Below, piece by piece: positions 55,180 through 64,000 of a stretch of 64,000 bases of DNA. Made by a program: the position numbers and the translations under genes. The stretch lies in NCBI RefSeq assembly GCF_009914755.1, contig NC_060932.1; one strand, 5' to 3'. Positions within the stretch are counted from its first letter, which is position 1; each line of letters opens with the position of its first letter. This stretch comes from the human T2T-CHM13v2.0 reference genome, Homo sapiens. The notes under the pieces are model-generated. The model did no database searches, had not been told where the DNA came from, and worked only from the letters and a program-made list of their open reading frames with translations.

Positions 55180-56060
55180 TGAAAACTACATTAATCATAA
55201 TTAACTGCCAAATGGTTAGAACAGAAAATAACAGCTTTGAAGTCCAGAGAAAGGAGAGAGTGGAGCAGGAGGAATTGGAGCTGGATCTTGTAAGATAGTT
55301 GAGATATGCATAAGTTGAGAGAAAAAGAAAGGACAAACCAGATGGCATAAATGGTGTGAGGAAAATCACAGAAATGGAAAGAAAGTGAGGAGGCCAATTT
55401 ACATGGAAATGAGGCTTTTGGAAAAGGGAGTAGTTGGAGGTAACTCTTGGAGGCAGATCGGAATCTATCTACATAGGGCCTTGAATGCTATACTAAAGAG
55501 GATGGTCTATCCCATAGACCAGTGGTGTCCAAAGTTAGGAAGTGTGTAGGAAAATACATTTGTATATAGAAAAAGATGTATTCTTTATATAGAAAAAGAA
55601 ATATATTTTACTAATAATTTCTTGTATTGACAATGTTGTATATGTGTCATTTATATGTAAATATGCTATGTGGTGATCCACACTCAAAATTGTTTTATTG
55701 ATAGAGATACATGTTCAAAAGAGGTTGGAGGCAGATGACTGCTATAGGTGATAAGGGATGATTAAAGGTTTTCATGCAGCCAGTGACATGTTCAAAGCAG
55801 TATTCTAAGAAGATGAATCTGGCAGCAGTTATACCGAGAGGATTGGTGGAAGCAGTTAGTTGGCGATTGCAACAATTCAAAGGGCTTAAATTATGATAGC
55901 CACAGTAGGAATGTAAAGGAGGGGGAGAGTTCCAGGGATGTTCGGATAATCTTATTATTTGCATGGTGAGATTTTCCTTTAGCAAGAGTATTCAGCAATC
56001 TCTTTGGGGGCTGAGAATAGAGCAGTGCTCAAGAAGGTGAGTTTTTGTTTGAAACTGATT
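55180..56060 (-). mobile_element. L2 fragments, probably with a nested DNA-transposon remnant at ~55520-55700
   Basis: GGCCTTGAATGCTATACTAAAGAG and AAGATGAATCTGGCAGCAG are antisense L2. CAGTGGTGTCCAAAGT at ~55520 resembles a Charlie TIR. Confidence 0.55.
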
Positions 56061-56076
56061 TCAAAAGTGGGTTAGT

Positions 56077-56367
56077 GGTCAGGCGCAGTGGCTCACACCT
56101 GTAATCCCAGCAATTTGGGAGGCCGAGGCGGGCAGATCACTTGAGGTCAGGAGTTCAAGACAAGCCTGGCAAACATGACAAAGCCCCATCTCTACTAAAA
56201 ATATAAAACTAGCTGGGCATGGTGACAAATGCCTGTAATCTCTGGAGGCAGAGGCATGAGAATCACTTGAACCCAGGAGTCGGAGGTTGCAGTGAGCTGA
56301 GATTGCGCCACTGTACACCAACCTGGGTGACAGAGGGAGACTCCATCTCAAAAAAAAAAAAAAAAAA
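56077..56367 (+). mobile_element. AluS (Sx-like) with a small right-arm deletion
   Basis: Full dimer with an A-tail. GCCTGTAATCTCTGGAGG lacks the usual CCAGCTACT. Degenerate TSD ...GG(G/A)TTAGT. Confidence 0.9.
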
Positions 56368-57239
56368 GGATTAGTACTACCCCAAATGTACTATGGTCTG
56401 AAAACCTAAACTTAAATGTGACCAATAATTAAAAATTACATTAATTACTGGTCAAAAACAATATAGGATTAATCCTTTAATTGAGTATAGATAACTTCAT
56501 AACTAATTTTATACACAAGGAAAATCTTTGAAAATGTAGATAACATCTTCTCCACCATAATCATAAAAAGGAGCATGATAACAGAAGTAGCTTAATAATG
56601 GTTCCTGCATTATATTAAAAAAAACTTATGCTTCATATTTGCTGTTTGGTATTGAAAAGGGATCCCAGAAATTTTCTCATCTCAGTTGCTTGTTGGAGAT
56701 GCATTACTTTTTTATAATACATGATTCAAGTACAAACAGTTGTTTTTCCTCACACAGCTTGATCTTCACAAAAAATAAAATTTATAAAACCATTTTGGTA
56801 AATGTAAATTTGTAAAAGGAGGTTTTGGTACTTGTACTTGATTTACCATCATTTTCTTTAAAATTGTACTGTTGTTTAACTTCTCACCAGTTGATGTTTT
56901 TGTAAGGTAGAACTCTTAACAAAAGTGTGATTCAGAGTTCAAATCTATTATTAGCCAGGCTTCTCAATTTCTCCTTGCACATAAAAACATGGTAAATAAT
57001 GATAGAGAAAAAGAAATAGCATGTTTGAAAATGCCAACTAGATCAGGCTTGTGATTCCTACATGATACTAGCATTATCTTAGACATGTGTTGATAAAAGA
57101 GCCCTACTATCAGGCAATTTAAATTAAAAAAAAAAACAAATTCACATATTTTAACTCTTGCCAGGCATCGGATATAAACTTAACAATTATCTCAATCAAG
57201 GTAAAATAGACTATAGATTGTGTGTGCATATGTGTGAAA

Positions 57240-57790
57240 ATGAACAGAATATAGTGTAGAAAAATAGATACAATATGACACATAAAAAAGAAGATAAGAT
57301 TTTAAAGTTCTACATTAAGCAAAAGTAACTTTTCTCAGGCATTGCTGGTAGAAATATAAATTGGTAACCTTTCTTTAGGGCATTGGTGGCATGTGTCAAG
57401 AGCCTTAAGAATGTTTATACTGTTTAAACTCAGTTCTATATTTCTATTTTTAAGAACTTGTCCCAAGAATAAAATCCTTAAATGCCCAATAATAAGGGAG
57501 TAGCTAAAATAAGTGAAGAACCATTTTTGAACATTATTGATTATAATAAGGACCATATGTGCCCTGACTTTAAGTGGAAAGGGCAGTAGAAAACTACTAT
57601 TGTTTACATACATTTATAATTTTTGTACGTACATATTTGTATACATACATTTGTTTACAAAAAATGTAAAGAAGTATAACAATATTCTTACAAGTTGTTT
57701 TGGTTTCTAATTTTTTGTTTCTCTCAATTTTAAATTTTAAAAAAGATATGTTGCTATATATTGTATTTATATTCAGAAAAATTATCAAAA
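57240..57790 (+). mobile_element. Old L1ME 3' fragment
   Basis: CATTGCTGGTAGAAATATAAATTGGTAACCTTTCT...GGCATTGGTGGCATGTGTCAAGAGCCTT. Confidence 0.6.
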
Positions 57791-58169
57791 TAATTTTAAA
57801 AATAAAATAATTAAAGAGAGCTCCCAGAGTTTAAAATGTAAATACCTATCATTTAATTCAGTTAGCTGATGGAAAATTTTGGTGACCATTACATATTTAT
57901 TTAATGACTTAGTCAACAAGAGCTGTTGATGTATTAAATTTTGAGTAGACCCAGCTGTGCTACAAAAGTAGGTAATGTAATGGCAACTAAAGCAAATGTC
58001 AAAGCTGAAGCACATTTAATTATCTTGGCTACTGGGGTGTTTTAACCTGTGTTACTTGTGCTTTGGTCTCACAAAAATGGCATCTTTTACCAACTTTCTA
58101 AACTGAGTAGGCAATGCATGCTTTAGATTAAATGAAAAGGTGGTCCCTTTTATTTATATTTATACAAAT

Positions 58170-58575
58170 ATATTCATTCAGTCAATCAAATAAACAAACA
58201 TTTATTCAGCAATTGTCAAATGTCAGGTATTGGGCCAGATTATGAAAAAGGGAAATGAGTATCAGAAAATTAATGGTCTAATGGGAAGATCAACATTTAA
58301 GGGTGGCTGAAAATGAAAATAGAGTTATGCATGCAGTTCTAGAGGAACATTGAGAAAGGGGCAGCCAACTCTGCCTTTGAGTTAGGGGAGCCTTCCCAGA
58401 GAAAGTATTATAGAGATAGGCTTTGTTCAATGAATAGGAGTTTCCTAGATGGAAAAGGTGAAGAGGTATTCTAGATAGGAAGAAGAGCATATACAAAATG
58501 TCAAAACTCTGAGATAACATGGCCTGTTCAGGGACTGGTAGGAAATATGGTATAGCTAGAGCTTAGGATGAGAAG
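58170..58575 (-). mobile_element. L2 3' fragment
   Basis: TTCATTCAGTCAATCAAATAAACAAACATTTATTCAGCA followed by L2 body. Confidence 0.65.
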
Positions 58576-58579
58576 CAGA

Positions 58580-61500
58580 AGCAGATCATGATGGCAGACC
58601 AGAAGCAAGACTAGATTGCAGCTGTCACTCGGATGGACAGAACAGTGTGTGGAGACTTGCATTGTGAACTTTTACTCAACAATGACTGCAGGAATACATT
58701 AGGAAAGCCAAGAGAACCCATAGACCCTCTGAAGGAAGCAGATTACTCCTGCAGGACCTGGGAGACACCCCAAATACTGTAAGACACCCCAAAAAACTGT
58801 AGAAGTGGGAAAAGGAGATCATCTGCCCCTGAACATATATCCCCACTGGAGAGGGAACCTGAAGTTCTAGAGTACGGGAGAAGATTCCGACCTTACATGC
58901 AGCTGAGTCAATGTAGAGGGCCGAGCAAAATATGGGGTTAGAGGAAGCAGGAGAAAAGTCCCTGTGGGCTCGCTGGCTCCCCTAGCAAGCCACTTCTGCC
59001 TCACCTCACAGGGGTCCTTGAGGAGGGGTGCTAGAGGCACTGGGAAAAGGCCACAGGGAGAAGGAAACCTCCAGCTGAACTTTGTAACAATTTGAGCTGA
59101 TCAAAAAGTCTCCTGGCCAGAACTGGGGGGAGGGCATGAATCCAGTGTGCAGACTCCACAGGCAAGGGAAGAAGGAAAGCCCTACTTACTTTTGCAGCTG
59201 GGAGGCAAGTAGCCTGGGGCAAGTTCTCAGCCCTGCTCACCCACCACCTGGAAACAGACTTGGTGCTGTTGGGAGGGGCACAGTGAGAGTGAGATCAGCC
59301 CTTTGGGTTGCCTGGGAGCTGGATGAGGCCTGTGACTGCCGGCTTTCCCCTACTTCCCTGACAACCTGCATTACACAGCAGAGAGAGCCATAATCCTTCT
59401 AGGAACATAACTCCATTGACCTAGAAACTTCAACCCCATCCTCCACAGCAGCCATAGCAAGAGTCTGACATGCCTAGCCCTGCCCCCACCTGGTGGTCCT
59501 TCCCTACATACCCTGGTGGCTGAAGACAAAGGGCATATACTCTTGGCAGTTCTAGGGACCCACCCACCACCTGTTCCTCCCCATATTACCACAGATGATG
59601 CTCTCTTGAATGTGCCACCTCCCAGCAGGAGGATAACCAGCCCAAAAATAGTGCACTAATCAATCAAAGCTAAGGTATCCTCACAGAGTCCATTTCACCT
59701 CCTTGCCGCCTCCACCAGAGCAGATGCTAATATCCATGGCTGAGAGACCCATAGACAGTTCATCACAGGACTCTGTGCAGATGACCCCAGTACCAGCCCA
59801 GACCTGGTAGACTTGCTGGGAGGCTAGATCCAGAAGAGAGATAACAATCACTACAGCTCAGCTCTTAGGAAGCCACATCCCTAGGAAAAGGGGGAGAGTA
59901 CTACATCAAGGAAACACCCTGTGAGACAAAAGGAACTGAACACCAGCGTTGAGCCTTAGACCTTCCCTCTGACAGAGCTGACCCAAATGAGAAGGAACCA
60001 GAAAACCAACTCTGGTAATATAACAAAACAGCGTTCTTTAACATCCCCCCAAAAAATCACACTAGCTCACCAACAATGGATCCAAACCAAGAAGAAATCC
60101 CTGATCTACCTGAAAAAGAATTCAGAAGGTTAGTTGTTAAGCTAATCAGGGAGGTACCAGAGAGAAACAAAGCCCAGTGTAAGGAAATCCAAAAAAATGA
60201 TACAAGAAGTGAAGGGAGAAATATTCAGTGAAATAGATAGCATAAATAAAAAACAATCAAAACTTCAGGAAACAATGGACACACTTATAGAAATGCAAAA
60301 TGCTCTGGAAAGTCTCAGCAATAGAATTGAACAAGCAAAAGAAAGAACTTCAGAGCTTGAAGACAAAGTTTTCGAATTAAGCAAAGACAAAGAAAAAAGA
60401 ATAAGAAAATATAAACAAAGCCTCCAAGAAGTCTGGGATTATGTTAAACTACAAAACCTAAGAATAATTGGCATTGCTGAGGAAGAAGAGAAATCTAAAA
60501 GTTTGGAAAATATATTTAGAGGAATAATTGAGGAAAACTTCCCCAGCCTTGGTAAAGAACTAGTCATCCAAATACAAGAAACTCAAAGAACACTGGGAAA
60601 TTCATCACAAAAAGATCACCACCTAGGCACATTGTCCTCAGGTTATCTAAAGTTAAGATGAAGGAAAGAATCTTAACAGCTGTGAGGCAAAAACACCAGG
60701 TAAACTATAAAGGAAAACCTATCAGATTAACAGCAGATTTCTGAGCAGAAACCCTGCAAGCTAGAAGGGATTGGGGCCCTATCTTCAGCCCCCTCAAAAC
60801 ATTTTATCAGCCAAGAATTTTGTACCCGGCGAAATTAAGCTTCATAAATGAAAGAAAGATACAGCCTTTTTCAGACAAACAAATGCTGAGAGAATTTGCC
60901 ACTACCAAGCCACCACTACAAGAACCGCTAAAAGGAGCTCTAAATCTTGAAACAAATCCTGGAAACACATCAAAACAGAACCTCTTTAAAGCATAAATCA
61001 CACAAAAATACAATTTAAAAACAAAAAGCAAAAAACCAAAGTATACAGGCAACAAATAGCATGATGAATGGAATGGTACCTCACACCTCAATACTAATGA
61101 TGAATGTAAATGGCCTAAATGCTCCACTTAAAAGATACAGAAATGCAGAATGGATAAGAATTCACCAACCATCTGCTGCCTTCAGAGACACACCTAACAC
61201 TTAAGTGCTCACATAAACTTAAGGTAAACGGATAGAAAAAGAGATTCCATGCAAATGGACATGAAAGTGAGCAGGAGTAGCTATTCTTTTTTCAGACAAA
61301 ACAAACTTTAAGGCTCTAGCAGTTAAAAAAGACAGAGGGTCATTATATAATGATAAAAGGCCTTGTCCAACAGGAAAATATCACAATTCTAAATATATAT
61401 GCACCTAACACTGGAGCTCCCAAATTTATAAAACAATTAGTAATTGACCTGAGAAGTAAGATAGACAGCACCACAGTAATAGTGGGGGACTTCAGTACTC

Positions 61501-64000
61501 TACTGACAGCACTAGACAGTTCATCAACACAGAAAGTCAACAAAGAAACAATGGATTTAAACTACACCCTGGAATAAATAGACTTAACAGATATTTACAG
61601 AACATTCTACCCAAGAACTGCAGAATATACATATTCTATTCATCAGCACATGGAACTTTCTCCAAGATAGACCATATGATAGGCCACAAAACGAGTCTTG
61701 ATAAATTCAAGAAAATTGAAATTATATCAAGTACTCTCTCAGACCACAGTGGAATAAAACTGGAAATCAACTCCAGAAGGAACCTTCAAAACCAGGCAAA
61801 TACATGGAAATTAAATAAACTGCTCCTGAATGATCATTGGGTCAAAATTGAAATCAAGATGAAAATTAAAAAATTCTTTGAACTGAGTGACAGTAGTGAC
61901 ATAACCTATCAAAACCTCTGGGATACAACAAACGCGGTGCTAAGAGGAAAGTTCATAGCATTAAATGCCTACATCAAAAAGTCTGAAAGAGCACAAATTG
62001 AGATTCTAAGGTCACATCTCAAGGAACTAGAGAAACAAAAACAAACCAAACCCAAACCCAGCAGAAGAAAGGAAATAACTAAGATCAGAGCATAACTAAA
62101 TGAAATTGAAACAAGAAAATACAAAAGATAAATGAAACAAAAAGCTGGTTTTTTGGAAAGATAGATAAAATTGATAGACCATTAGCAAGATTAAACAAGG
62201 AAAGAAGAGAGAAAAGCAACATAAGCTCAATTAGAAATGAAAGGGACATATTACAACTGACACCACAGAAATGCAAAAGGTCATTCAAGGGTACTATGAA
62301 CACCTTTATGTGCATAAACTAGAAAACCTACAGGAGATGGATACATTCCTGAAAAGATACAACCTTCCTAGCTTAGATCGGAAAGAATTAGATATTCTGA
62401 ACAGACCAAAAACAAGCAGCAAGATTGAAATGATAATTAAAAAATTACCAACAAAAAAAGCCCAACACCAGATGGATTCACCCAGAATTCTACCAGACAT
62501 TCAAAGAAGAATTGGTACCAATTCTATTGACACTATTCCACAAGATAGAGAAAAAGGGAACAGTCCCTAAATCATTCTATAAAGCCAGTACCACCCTAAT
62601 ACCAAAACCAGGAAAGGACATAACCAAAAAAGAAAACTAAAGACCAATATCCCTGGTGAATATAGATGCTAAAATCCTTAATAAAATACTAGCTAACCAA
62701 ATCCAACAACGTATCAAAAAGATAATCCACCATGATCAAGTGGGTTTCATACCAGGGACGCAGGAATGGTTTAACATACACAAGTCAATAAATGTGATAC
62801 ACCACATAAGCAGAATCAAAAACAAAAATTACATGATCATCTCAATAGATGCAGAAAAAGCATTCCACAAAATCTAGCTTCCCTTTATGATTAAAACTCT
62901 CAGCAAAATCGGCATATAAGGGACATACCTCAATGTAATGAAAGCCATCTATGACAAACCCACAGCCAACATAATACTGAATGGGGAAAAGTTGAAAGCA
63001 TTCCCTCTGAGAACTGGGACAAGACAAGGATGCCCACTCTCACCACTCCTCTTCAACATAGAACTGGAAGTCCTAGCCAGAGCAGTCAGACAAGAGAAAG
63101 AAATAAAGGGCATCCAAATTGGGACTCCCGCTGTCTGCTGATGATATGATTGTTTGCCTAGAAAACCCTAAAGACTCCTCCAGAAAGCTCCTAGAACTGA
63201 TACAAGAATTCAGAAAAGTTTCCGGATACAAAATTAACGTACAGAAATCAGTAGGTCTTCTATATACCAATAGCGACCAAACTGAGAATCAAATCAAGAA
63301 CTCAACCCCTTTTAAAATAGCTGCAAAAAGATAATATAATAAAATACTTAGGAATATACCTAACCAAGGATGTGAAAGACTTGAACAAGGATACAAAACA
63401 CTGCTGAAAGAAATCATAGACAACGCAAACAAATGGAAACACATCCCATGCTTGTGAATAGGTAGAATCAATATTGTGAAAATGACCATACTGCCAAAAG
63501 CAATCTATAAATTCAGTGCAATTCCTATCAAAATACCACCATCATTCTTCACAGAATTTAAAAGCAAACAAACAAACAAACAAAACCAGTCCTAAAATAC
63601 ATACAGAACCAAAAAAAGAGCCCACATAGCTGAAGCGAGACTAAGCAAGAAGAATAAATCTGGAGGTGTCACATTACCTGATTACAAACCATATTATAAG
63701 GCCATAGTCACCAAAACAGCATGGTACTGACATGAAATTAGGCACATAGACCAATGGAACAGAATAGAGAACCCAGAAATAAACCCAAATACTTACAGCC
63801 AACTGATCTTCAACAAAGCCAACAAAAACGTAAAGTTGGGAAAGGACACCCTATTCAACAAATGGTGCTGGGATAATTGGCAAGCCACATGTAGGAGAAT
63901 GAAACTGGATCCTCATCTCTCACCTTATACAAAAATCAACTCAAGATGGATCAAGGATTTAAATCTAAGACCTGAAACTATAAAAATTCCAGAAGATAAC
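58580..64000 (+). mobile_element. L1PB with complete 5' UTR, sense to CPQ, continuing past the window end; inactive
   Basis: 5' end GATGGCAGACCAGAAGCAAGACTAGATTGCAGCT is homologous to 13580 onward. ORF1 remnant at 59987-60996. ORF2 remnant from 61061 gives [22 protein letters not shown] and [15 protein letters not shown], with stops and frameshifts. Confidence 0.92.

Overview
AT-rich, CpG-poor primate (most likely human) genomic DNA that is almost entirely intron. The only coding sequence I can support is one 112-nt exon at 7647-7758 (+). It encodes [37 protein letters not shown](G), which I recognise as the zinc-ligand exon of carboxypeptidase Q (CPQ/PGCP, M28 family). It is missing from the supplied ORF track. 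The rest is mostly decayed transposable elements: two sense L1PB-type elements (one full length, one running off the window end), an antisense L1PA, a twin-primed L1 stub, nine Alu-family insertions, a MaLR solo LTR, MER20/MER94, and many MIR/L2/L1M/L3 fragments. Subfamily names were assigned by eye from remembered consensus sequences and need RepeatMasker/Dfam confirmation. I see no evidence of a new multi-gene system. The most unusual structure is an ~89-bp copy of the CPQ exon 3' end, donor site and intron start, pasted 1.4 kb upstream into an old L1. It creates a decoy donor and a possible 36-nt in-frame cryptic exon. A second local templated duplication lies at ~32.1/32.9 kb.
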